Shown here: piece by piece, positions 51,423 to 59,837 of the stretch | Position numbering within the stretch: position 1 is the stretch's first letter | Layout of the letters: each line of letters starts with the position of its first letter | Source: Anaerolineae bacterium | Lineage (GTDB): Bacteria > Chloroflexota > Anaerolineae > S140-20 | Direction: 5' to 3' | DNA length: 64,000 nucleotides | NCBI GenBank assembly: GCA_027021705.1 | Contig: JALUTT010000077.1 | Coordinates: 1 to 64,000, forward strand | Program-made: the position numbers and the translations under genes | The notes under the pieces: generated by a model | The model's database searches: none | What the model saw: only the letters and a program-made list of their open reading frames with translations | What the model was told of the DNA's origin: nothing

Positions 51423-52015
51423 TTACATCCTCTCTGCACCCTCGCCGGGGCACACCAAATCCAGGATCAACGGCTCGTCGGTGCCGTGGGGGGATTCCGC
51501 CAACACGTTACCGGCTCCATCCACGACCATTCCGCCGCCGAAACTTCCTTCCTTGATCCCCACGTCCAACGCATTGACGATCACCGCGCAGGTCCCTATA
51601 CGCTCGACCGCCTTTCGGTAGACCTGCCGCTCTTCTTCTTCCCACCGCCGGCGATCGGGCGATTGCCCATCGAACCCGCGTGCCATCGGCACCATCAGCC
51701 ATTGGGTGTCGGGTGGGACCTGTTGAAGATGCCGGTGGCGGCTCTTTCGACGAGCCCGAAACAGACGCCGGCTCGCAACTGCCTTGCCAGCGATGCCACC
51801 TTATCGGTCGTTGGGCCCGGGATGGGCTCCGCAAAACCTGCCAAGTCGTCCTGCTCGTACAGGTACCCCGTGAAGGCACACTCCGGCAGGCAGATGACGT
51901 CCACCCGCTCTCGGGCAACCGCCTCCTCTGCCACGTTGACAAATCGCTGCCAATTGAGGTCCGGCCTTTTGACGTGCGTTCGGAGCGGGATCAGCGCGAC
52001 GCGCACCGGCAACAT
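51423..52015 (-). pseudogene. Carbon-nitrogen hydrolase (nitrilase superfamily) with internal deletion and frameshift
   Basis: The N-half ICLPECAFTGY...GIFN ends in a stop at 51695. The C-half (WLMVPMAR...VIVN...FGGGMVVD..GNVLA) is in another frame. The segment with the catalytic Lys and Cys is missing. Confidence 0.72.
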
Positions 52016-52064
52016 TTCTCATTATCCAGCCGTAGGTCACCTGCCGTAGCCCCACAGGAAGGGG

Positions 52065-52093
52065 ATTATACCACGAATCGGGGAGCGAGGCGA
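52065..52093 (-). promoter_or_regulatory. Extended -10 promoter for the hydrolase/M50/HD/tyrA operon
   Basis: TGGTATAAT on the minus strand with a weak -35 (TCGCCT) 17 bp upstream. Confidence 0.6.
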
Positions 52094-52104
52094 GTGAGAG
52101 GGAG

Positions 52105-52261
52105 CCGGTGATTACCCATATCTTTGGAGATAGGGAGGCTAGCCGTCCACGAATGGGGCACGAATGCACGAATTAAGGACCGCCTCATTCGTGCACTTGT
52201 GAGAAATTCGTGGACGGCCTGCTACGGACCACTCTCTCGCTCACTGGTGGGTAATCACCGC
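52105..52261 (-). mobile_element. MITE family A, copy 4 (157 bp)
   Basis: CCGGTGATTACCCATATC...GGGTAATCACCGC, reverse complement of copies 2 and 3; flanks match only 6/8. Confidence 0.9.
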
Positions 52262-52270
52262 AGGAGGAGA

Positions 52271-55186
52271 TCAGGCCCCCCGTGCCACCAGCGGGAGGAA
52301 GAGACGGGAGGCCCAGGGCACGATGGTCCGGTTGGGGCGCAGGGCCGGGTCTCCCAGCAGGATGAAGGTGTCCAGCAGGTCGAGGTAGAGCCCGCTGGCA
52401 GCCAGCTTCAGCTTCCCCGTCAGCGTGGCCTCCCCCACCGTCGCCACCCCGTCGGTGAAGAGGGCTTGGAAGAAGCCCTGGGAGAGGCGGTCGTGGCCGG
52501 TTCCCACCCCCAGCCCCGTGGCTCCCCAGGCCGCCACCGCTCCTCCTCCCGGCTGCGTCACCAGCCCTTCGTCCAGCGTCGGTTCCGGTCGCTGGAAGGC
52601 TCCGGTGAAGCAGGTCATCTCCACGACCACGGGCAGGCGACGGTCATTGCTCAGGGAGGACAGGTCGTCCAGGTGGAAGAAGCGCTCGGCGGCCCACTGC
52701 TGCCAGGAGGCGTGGCCGGTGAACTGGACCAGCAGCGCCCCCCGGTTCCAGTCGGCGAGGAGGGCGGTGTGGAGCTCGGCGGTCTCCTGGGGGGAGCAGT
52801 CGCTGAGGTGATCGGCGCTCCCGGCACAGTAGCGGCGGGTCACGGTGAAGGGGGCGGTGACGTAGGGGACGGCGTAGGTCTCCGACGAGGCGGCGAAGTC
52901 CCCCGCCGCGTCGGCATCGTCGGCCACCAGGAGCACGTTGGCGTTCCAGCCGCCGGGGAAGGGGGCGCTCTCGTACCGGACGATCTTCCCGACCACGGTC
53001 TGGGCTTCGGCCGCCGTCTGCACCGGCAGCCGGCCCAAGAGGAGGTCGGGCAGGCGGTCGTTGCCGTCCACGGTGACATAGCGGTTGTCGGCCGCCACCT
53101 CCCCGGCCCAGGGGTCCGCATCGGCCAGGTAGGGCGGGATGAAGGTGGGGGGCGAGTCGGTCCGGTAGCGCCGGGGGTCGAAAGAGCCGTCACCCACCAG
53201 CAGGACGTAGGCGGGGCGGGGGGTCCAGCTCGCGTAGGCGTCGGCGATGAAGGCCCGGATCGCCTGAGGGTCGGGTCGGCCGTCGCCGTAGGCATCGTAA
53301 AGACCCAGCACGCTGACGACGGTGACGCTGAGCCCCTGGGACCGGCGCAGGGTCAGCAGGGGGGCCAGGGCGTCGGCGAAGTCCGGATGGGTGATGACGA
53401 GGAGGTCGGCTCCGGTCAGGTCACCGCTGAGGAGGAGGGGTTCGCCGGCCCGGATGCGCCGGGGAGGGCGCAGGCCGTCGGCGTTGAGCAGGAGGTAGCG
53501 GCGGGGGCCGCCCTCCGGCGGGTCGGCCAGGGTCGCCCTGTCACCTGTCACCGCCAGCCCCGTCAGCCGCCGGGGGTGCCGGGGGTCGGTGACGTCGTAG
53601 GCCCGCAGGCCGGTGGTCTCGGTCAGGGCGAGGGTGTAGGCCCACCGTCCTGACCCACCCTCGAAGGTGAGGGCGCTACCGGTGGCGGTGGTGGTGTGGG
53701 CATAGCGGAGGGCGAAGGCGTCCACCCAGGCCCCCTCCACCGTCACGTCGGGGAGGCCCGGCAGCGTCAGCGTGAGGGTGTTGACGTCGCTCTGGAGCAG
53801 GCCGGGCGTGATGGCGAGGGTGGCGGTGATCGCCCGCTTGCCGTTCCAGGTCACGGAGCCCAGGGAGGAGCCGTTGAGGGCGACGGCGACCTGGTGGTCG
53901 GGGTTGGCGCTCACGTCGGTGTAGCCCAGGAGCCAGAGGGTCAAGGTGGCCGGTTGGGAGGCATCCACCGCCGGCGTCGCGAAGGGGAGGGCGACGGAGG
54001 TCCGGTCGGGGAGGCGCAGGACCTCCCAGGTCCAGCGGTCCCCGTCGCGACCGGTGGGCAGGGGGCCGCAGAAGCAGTCGGGGGTGTAGAGGCGGTTTTC
54101 CTCGACGGTCTGCTCGACCCAGGGGGTGCCGGCGGGGAGGCCGGTCGGGTCGGCACTGCGGGTCGCCATCCGCAGACCGGGGGTCGTGTCGGCGACCAGC
54201 CGGTAGACGTCGCCGGCCACCCAGCGGCTGAAGCGGGGCTCGGCGTAGAAGGTGAGGGCCTCCCCCGGCTCGAAGCGGGCGTCGTCGTCCCCCTCCCACT
54301 CGTAGGCCACCTCCCGGCTGCCCTGGAAGAGGCGCAGGTTGCGGGGGGTGGCGGTGGCGAAGCCCAGGGGGTCCAGGTCCTCGTAGGTCACCCGGTAGAG
54401 GCCGGGGGCGTCCACCTCCAGGAAGGCTTGTGGGGATGCCTGCTGCGTGCTCACCGATGAAGGGTTCCTCGGTCGGGGTGCAGGGAGAGCCGGGATGGCG
54501 TCCCAGGGGTTCAGGACCTGGCGGCGCACCGCCTCCAGGAGGGGGTCCGAGGAAGCGGGCGCGGGAGAGGCGGCGTGGGCCGACGCCGGTCGGGACCAGC
54601 GGACGGTCAGGCGCAGCCGGCGGACGACCCGCAGGTGGCGGCCCTGGGGGCGGGCGGGGTAGAGGCGCAGCCGGGCCAGGCGGATGCCGCGCACCGTCCC
54701 GACCTCCTCCAGGAGGACGGGAGAGGTGGGGGGAACGCCGGTGGGGTCCGGGGCTGCCGGGGCGAACCCTCCGCCGATGGGGCGTCCTGCGGTGTCCCGG
54801 ACCACCCCCTGGGGCCGGGGGGCCGGGGCGATGGGAGCCGGGAGCGGTCGGTCTTCCTCGTCGAGGGCCAGGACCTGGAGCTGGGGGGTGGCCCCCGGCG
54901 GGAGGGCGATGAGGGCGGCGGCGAAGGGGAGGCGGGGCCGGCCGGGTTCGTCGTCCAGGGGGAGGCCGGCTGCCGTGACGGTCACGGCGCCGTCCTTCTG
55001 GAGGCGCAGCGCCACCGGGGGTGGGGTCCAGACCATCTCCAGGCCGGTGGCGTCGGCCCGGAGCAGGCGTAGGCCCGGCGGCGGGGCGGGGGCAGCCGCC
55101 GGAAGGGCCATTGCGCCGGTCCCGCTGCCGGCGAGGAGGAGGAGCAGGAAGAGCGGGAAGAGCAGGAGCCGTGGTAGTTGGAGCAT
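52271..55186 (-). CDS. Secreted C25 (gingipain-like) cysteine peptidase
   Basis: Signal peptide, propeptide-like region, YVLLVGDG, LLGRLP, FTGH (catalytic His), MTC (catalytic Cys), LLGDPAL; ends LFLPLVARGA. Confidence 0.9.
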   Translation of the reverse strand: MLQLPRLLLFPLFLLLLLAGSGTGAMALPAAAPAPPPGLRLLRADATGLEMVWTPPPVALRLQKDGAVTVTAAGLPLDDEPGRPRLPFAAALIALPPGATPQLQVLALDEEDRPLPAPIAPAPRPQGVVRDTAGRPIGGGFAPAAPDPTGVPPTSPVLLEEVGTVRGIRLARLRLYPARPQGRHLRVVRRLRLTVRWSRPASAHAASPAPASSDPLLEAVRRQVLNPWDAIPALPAPRPRNPSSVSTQQASPQAFLEVDAPGLYRVTYEDLDPLGFATATPRNLRLFQGSREVAYEWEGDDDARFEPGEALTFYAEPRFSRWVAGDVYRLVADTTPGLRMATRSADPTGLPAGTPWVEQTVEENRLYTPDCFCGPLPTGRDGDRWTWEVLRLPDRTSVALPFATPAVDASQPATLTLWLLGYTDVSANPDHQVAVALNGSSLGSVTWNGKRAITATLAITPGLLQSDVNTLTLTLPGLPDVTVEGAWVDAFALRYAHTTTATGSALTFEGGSGRWAYTLALTETTGLRAYDVTDPRHPRRLTGLAVTGDRATLADPPEGGPRRYLLLNADGLRPPRRIRAGEPLLLSGDLTGADLLVITHPDFADALAPLLTLRRSQGLSVTVVSVLGLYDAYGDGRPDPQAIRAFIADAYASWTPRPAYVLLVGDGSFDPRRYRTDSPPTFIPPYLADADPWAGEVAADNRYVTVDGNDRLPDLLLGRLPVQTAAEAQTVVGKIVRYESAPFPGGWNANVLLVADDADAAGDFAASSETYAVPYVTAPFTVTRRYCAGSADHLSDCSPQETAELHTALLADWNRGALLVQFTGHASWQQWAAERFFHLDDLSSLSNDRRLPVVVEMTCFTGAFQRPEPTLDEGLVTQPGGGAVAAWGATGLGVGTGHDRLSQGFFQALFTDGVATVGEATLTGKLKLAASGLYLDLLDTFILLGDPALRPNRTIVPWASRLFLPLVARGA

Positions 55187-55300
55187 AAGTCTTTCGTCCT
55201 CGGTCCGTAGTCCGCAGTCCTTGGTCGAGTGGTCGGGTGGTCAAGTGGTCGGATGGTCGGTGATCGGCGATAGAGTCGGCGGTCTGCGGTCAGTAACGCC

Positions 55301-55330
55301 ATTATACCCCCCTCCCCACGTCTATGCCAA
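55301..55330 (-). promoter_or_regulatory. Sigma70-type promoter for the C25 peptidase
   Basis: TTGGCA-18bp-TATAAT on the minus strand. Confidence 0.55.
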
Positions 55331-55433
55331 CGCCATCGGGGGATCAGTGGGTGGTCAAGTGCCCCTCGCCTCCTGCCTCTTGGTCAGGTGGTCGTCTGGT
55401 CGGGTTAGTCATTTGGCCCTCAATCCTCAGTCC

Positions 55434-55555
55434 GTATCTATTCAGCCTACCTTCCCGCAGGTCACCGGTCGAGGGCGCTTTCAGCCCCGATGGGTTATTT
55501 GAAGCACGGTTTCGCGTCGGAAACGCGCCTAACCTGCGGGAGGGTGAACAGTTTC
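55434..55555 (+). mobile_element. MITE family B copy (122 bp) with 8-bp target-site duplication
   Basis: GTATCTATTCA...TGAACAGTTTC; CTCAGTCC at 55426-55433 and 55556-55563. Confidence 0.9.
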
Positions 55556-55655
55556 CTCAGTCCTTGGTCCTCGGTCCGCCGCTAAGTCGCTGGCCGCTAG
55601 TTCGCTAGGTCGCTTGATCGGCGGTTTGCGGTCCGCGGTCGGCCGTCGGAAGCTT

Positions 55656-55811
55656 CCGGTGATTACCATATCTTTGGAGATAGGGAGACTAGCCGTCCAC
55701 GGATGGGGCACGAATACACGAATGAAGGACCGCCTCATTCGTGCATTTGTGAGAAATTCGTGGACGGCCTGCTACGGACTACTCTCTCGCTCCCTTGTGG
55801 GTAATCACCGC
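55656..55811 (-). mobile_element. MITE family A, copy 5 (156 bp)
   Basis: CCGGTGATTACCATATC...GGGTAATCACCGC; GGAAGCTT occurs on both flanks, offset by 3 bp on the right. Confidence 0.9.
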
Positions 55812-55825
55812 CGAGGAAGCTTGGC

Positions 55826-55853
55826 TTGACTTTTTCCCTCACCCTGCTACAAT
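55826..55853 (+). promoter_or_regulatory. Sigma70-type promoter with extended -10
   Basis: TTGACT-16bp-TACAAT with a TG extension. Confidence 0.7.
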
Positions 55854-55934
55854 TTTGAGATAGTGGGTGCCATCTCGAGGCGGCCGGGCTGCTCTGGAGA
55901 AGAACCGATCCCTGCGTGCTGCAAGGAGGCAAAG

Positions 55935-56795
55935 GTGTCCAGGCAAGTGTTGGCGGTAGATAGCAATGAAGCCTTTGCGGTGCTGTTAAAGGAAGGGTTG
56001 GAGAGTCAGGGGGATTACGAGGTCACCATCGCTCTGGATGGGGAGACCGCCCTGCAAGCGATGGAGGGCCGGCGCTGGGACTTGGTTATCGTGGACCTGG
56101 GCCTACCTGAGGAGGACCCCGGTGCGTTGATCCAGGCGATGCGCCAGCGGCAGCCCGACCTGCACCTGATCTGCATCCCCGTGGATGAGGACCGGGTACC
56201 GCCGGAGATCGCCGCCCTCGACGTCCAAGGGGTGCTGACCAAGCCTTTCTTCTTCCCCGACCTGCCCAAGGTGGTCGAGGAAGCCCTCTCCCGACCGGTC
56301 CGTCCGGCAGCCCCCGCGCCGGCAGGGCCTGAGGAGCCCGAGGCGGAGGTGGGGGAAGAGGCTGAAATGGCTCCGCCTTCCCCTGCTCCTCCTTCGCCGG
56401 AGCAACGGGCAACGCTGCAGGAGCATGCTTCCCAGTTGACCGAGCACTTGAAGGCTCTCTCCCGCGAGCTGAGTGCCGACGCCATCCTGCTGACGGCCGG
56501 CAACGAGTTGGTGGCTTACGCCGGTCGCTTCCGCCGCGACGAAGTGGAAACCCTGGCCCGGCTGGTGATGGAAAGTTGGGAGGCCGGTGCCCGGGTCGCC
56601 GCCGCCCTGGGGCGGGAGGGGAGCCGCTTCGAGCAGAGCCTGCACGAAGGAGCCGACTACCTCCTCTACTCCCTCGCTGCCACCGATGACCTGATCCTCT
56701 CCGTCGCCACCCGTCCCGACCGCCCCCTAGGGATGGTCCGCTACCGCACCCGGGAGACCGCCCAGGCGCTACGGGCTGTCCTGGGTGGATCATAG
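55935..56795 (+). CDS. Receiver (REC) domain fused via a Pro/Glu linker to a Roadblock/LC7 (MglB-like) domain
   Basis: AAGGAGG RBS; VLAVD, DLVIVDLGLP and LTKPF receiver motifs; C-terminal AILLT..G.LVAY...LILSVA....PLGMVRY Roadblock pattern. Confidence 0.75.
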   Translation: MSRQVLAVDSNEAFAVLLKEGLESQGDYEVTIALDGETALQAMEGRRWDLVIVDLGLPEEDPGALIQAMRQRQPDLHLICIPVDEDRVPPEIAALDVQGVLTKPFFFPDLPKVVEEALSRPVRPAAPAPAGPEEPEAEVGEEAEMAPPSPAPPSPEQRATLQEHASQLTEHLKALSRELSADAILLTAGNELVAYAGRFRRDEVETLARLVMESWEAGARVAAALGREGSRFEQSLHEGADYLLYSLAATDDLILSVATRPDRPLGMVRYRTRETAQALRAVLGGS

Positions 56796-56984
56796 GATGA
56801 TCGGACCGTCCACAGTCCCCAGTCCGTGGTCCATTTTTTCCACTTTTCCACCAGCGTGGGATGTGGGTCGGACTGGGGGCCGAGGACTGAGAATCCTGTT
56901 CCCCCACACCCGTGGGGGTGAACTGCGAGGGCGCTGTATGCTGCATCCCTATGCTGCGCTCCTTACTGGGTTGGGAGAGCTTCG

Positions 56985-59804
56985 ATGAGTGCAACCCGTG
57001 ACACCCTTTCCCCGTCAACCGACACCCCCGGTCAGGAGGGCGACCGGCCCAAGCTGGTCCTCATTGACGGTCACGCCCTGGCCTACCGGGCCTTCCACGC
57101 CCTGCCGGCCGACCTGAAGACCTCCCGAGGCGAGCTGACCAACGCCGTCTACGGCTTCACCTCGATGCTCCTCAACGTCCTGCGGGACGAACAGCCCGAC
57201 TACATCGCCGTCACTTTCGATAAAGGGCGCACCTTCCGTCACGACACCTACCCTGACTACAAGGCCCACCGGGTCAAGATGCCCGACGAGATGCACGACC
57301 AGATGGCCCGCATCCGCCAGGTCGTCCAGGCCCTGAGCATCCCCATCTTCGAGGTCGAGGGGTATGAGGCCGACGACCTGCTGGGCACGCTGGCCCGCCA
57401 GGCCGCCGAACAGGGTGTCGAGACCCTCATCGTCACCGGCGACACCGACGCCCTGCAGTTGGTGGACGACCACACCCGCGTCCTCACCTCCCGCTGGCGC
57501 TTCTCCGAGACGGTGACCTACGACGAGGAGACGGTCCGTCAGCGGTACGGCCTCTCGCCGGCCCAACTGGTGGACCTGAAGGCGCTGGAGGGAGACAAGT
57601 CGGACAACATCCCCGGCGTGCGGGGCGTCGGGAGGAAGACGGCGGTCAAGCTGCTTCAGAAGTATGGCTCACTGGAGGGGATCTACGAGCACCTGGACGA
57701 GCTCTCGCCGAGCCTGCGCCGCAAACTGGAGGCGGGCCGTGAGGCCGCCTTCCTGAGCAAGGCCCTGGCCACCATCCGCCGCGACGCCCCCATCCGCCTG
57801 AACCTGGAGGCCTGCCGGAGCCGCGCCTTCGATCGGGAGCAGGTGATGCGGCTCTTTCGCGAGTTGGAGTTCCGCTCCTTAGTGGATCGGGTGCCCCAAC
57901 CGGAAGGGGAGAAGCCGTCGGGCCGGCCCCGCCAGTTGGGCCTCTTCGAGGCGGCGGCGGAGCCGACCGCTGCGCCCGGCCCGGAGCCTGCCTCCTACCA
58001 GGTTATTGCTGACCTCCCTGCCCTGGAGGCCCTGGTCGCCCGGCTGCAGACGGTGGAGGCGATCACCCTGGACACGGAGACGACCCACACCGACCCGATG
58101 CAGGCGGAGTTGGTGGGGATCGCGCTCACCGACGGGCCGGGCCGGGGCTACTACGTCCCCATCGCCGGCCCCGACGGCACAGGTGAGGGGCTGCCCCCGG
58201 CCCAGGCGCTGGAGGTGCTGCGCCCCCTGCTGGAGGGGCCGACGCCGTTCAAGTACGGCCACAACGTCAAGTACGACCTCACCGTTCTGGCCCTGTTGGG
58301 CGTTCACCTGGCACCGCCGGCCTTCGATACGATGATCGCCGAGTGGCTGCTGAATCCGGCCTCGGGCAACCTGGGGCTGAAGAACCTGGCCTGGGCACGG
58401 CTGGGCGAGGAGATGACCCCTATCACCGACCTCATCGGCAAAGGCAAGAAGCAGATCACGATGCGCCAGGTGCCGGTGGAGGAGGCGGCCCGCTACGCCT
58501 GCGCCGACGTGGATATGACCCACCGGTTGGTGGGGGTGCTGGAGCCCGAGCTGAAGGAAAAGGCGCTCTGGTCCCTCTTCACCGACCTGGAGATGCCCCT
58601 GGTGCCGGTGCTGGCGGCGATGGAGATGGCCGGCGTCCGCCTGGACGTGGATCTGCTGGCCCGGATGTCCCGGGAGTTGGCCGCCCGGCTGGGGGAGTTG
58701 GAGCGGCAGATCCACGAGATGGTGGGCTTCCCCTTCAACGTCAACTCCACCCAGCAGCTCTCCGATGTCCTCTTCGTCCACCTCAAGCTGCCGGCGACGG
58801 GGGTGCGCAAGACGAAGTCGGGCCACTACTCGACGGGAGCCGGCGTCCTGGAGAAGCTGCGGGGCCTCCACCCGGTGGTGGACCTGATCCTGGAGCACCG
58901 GCAACTGGCCAAGCTCAAGTCCACTTACGTGGATGCGCTGCCCCGGATGGTGAACCCGCGCACGGGCCGGCTGCACACCTCCTACAACCAGACGGGCACC
59001 GTCACCGGGCGCATCTCCTCATCGGCCCCCAACCTGCAGAACATCCCCATCCGCAGCGAGTTGGGCCGGCAGGTGCGGCGGGCCTTCGTCGCCGAGCCGG
59101 GCTGGCGGCTGGTGGGGGCCGACTACTCCCAGATCGAACTGCGGATCATGGCCCACGTGGCCGATGATCCGGGGCTCCAGGCCGCCTTCCAGCGGGGGGA
59201 GGACATCCACGCCAGCACGGCGGCCGCCGTCCTGGGGGTGGCGCTGGAGGAGGTGACGCCGGAGATGCGCCGGCTGGCCAAGAGCGTCAACTTTGGCCTC
59301 TCCTACGGGCAGACCGCCTACGGCCTGGCCCAGACGACGGGCCTCTCCCAGGAGGAGGCGGAAGCCTTCATCCGCACCTACTTCGAGCGCTTCCCCGGCG
59401 TGAGAGCCTACATCGAGCGGACGAAGCGGCAGGCGCTGGAGCAGGGGTACGTGGAGACGCTGTTGGGGCGGCGGCGCTACTTCCCCAACCTGGCCAACCT
59501 GCGGGGGCCGGCCCGGGGCCGCGCCGAGCGGGAGGCCATCAACGCCCCCATCCAGGGCACCGCCGCCGACATCATCAAGATCGCCATGGTGCGGCTCCAC
59601 CGGAGCCTGCAGGAGCAGGGCTTCCAGGCCCGGATGATCCTCCAGGTCCACGATGAACTGATCCTCGAAGCCCCGGAGGAAGAGGTCCCCACCGTCGCTC
59701 CCCTCGTCCGAGAGGTGATGGAGAGCGCCTTCACCCTCAAGGTGCCGCTGAAGGTGGACCTGAAGGTGGGGGAGAACTGGGAGGAGATGGAGGAGATGGC
59801 GTAG
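56985..59804 (+). CDS. polA: DNA polymerase I
   Basis: LIDGHALAYRAFHA 5'-3' exonuclease, LDTET 3'-5' exonuclease, TGRISS..PNLQNIP, ADYSQIELR, AKSVNFGLSYG, QVHDEL. Confidence 0.98.
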   Translation: MSATRDTLSPSTDTPGQEGDRPKLVLIDGHALAYRAFHALPADLKTSRGELTNAVYGFTSMLLNVLRDEQPDYIAVTFDKGRTFRHDTYPDYKAHRVKMPDEMHDQMARIRQVVQALSIPIFEVEGYEADDLLGTLARQAAEQGVETLIVTGDTDALQLVDDHTRVLTSRWRFSETVTYDEETVRQRYGLSPAQLVDLKALEGDKSDNIPGVRGVGRKTAVKLLQKYGSLEGIYEHLDELSPSLRRKLEAGREAAFLSKALATIRRDAPIRLNLEACRSRAFDREQVMRLFRELEFRSLVDRVPQPEGEKPSGRPRQLGLFEAAAEPTAAPGPEPASYQVIADLPALEALVARLQTVEAITLDTETTHTDPMQAELVGIALTDGPGRGYYVPIAGPDGTGEGLPPAQALEVLRPLLEGPTPFKYGHNVKYDLTVLALLGVHLAPPAFDTMIAEWLLNPASGNLGLKNLAWARLGEEMTPITDLIGKGKKQITMRQVPVEEAARYACADVDMTHRLVGVLEPELKEKALWSLFTDLEMPLVPVLAAMEMAGVRLDVDLLARMSRELAARLGELERQIHEMVGFPFNVNSTQQLSDVLFVHLKLPATGVRKTKSGHYSTGAGVLEKLRGLHPVVDLILEHRQLAKLKSTYVDALPRMVNPRTGRLHTSYNQTGTVTGRISSSAPNLQNIPIRSELGRQVRRAFVAEPGWRLVGADYSQIELRIMAHVADDPGLQAAFQRGEDIHASTAAAVLGVALEEVTPEMRRLAKSVNFGLSYGQTAYGLAQTTGLSQEEAEAFIRTYFERFPGVRAYIERTKRQALEQGYVETLLGRRRYFPNLANLRGPARGRAEREAINAPIQGTAADIIKIAMVRLHRSLQEQGFQARMILQVHDELILEAPEEEVPTVAPLVREVMESAFTLKVPLKVDLKVGENWEEMEEMA

Positions 59805-59837
59805 GCGAGGCGGAATCCCCTCGCGGCACCGGTATCC

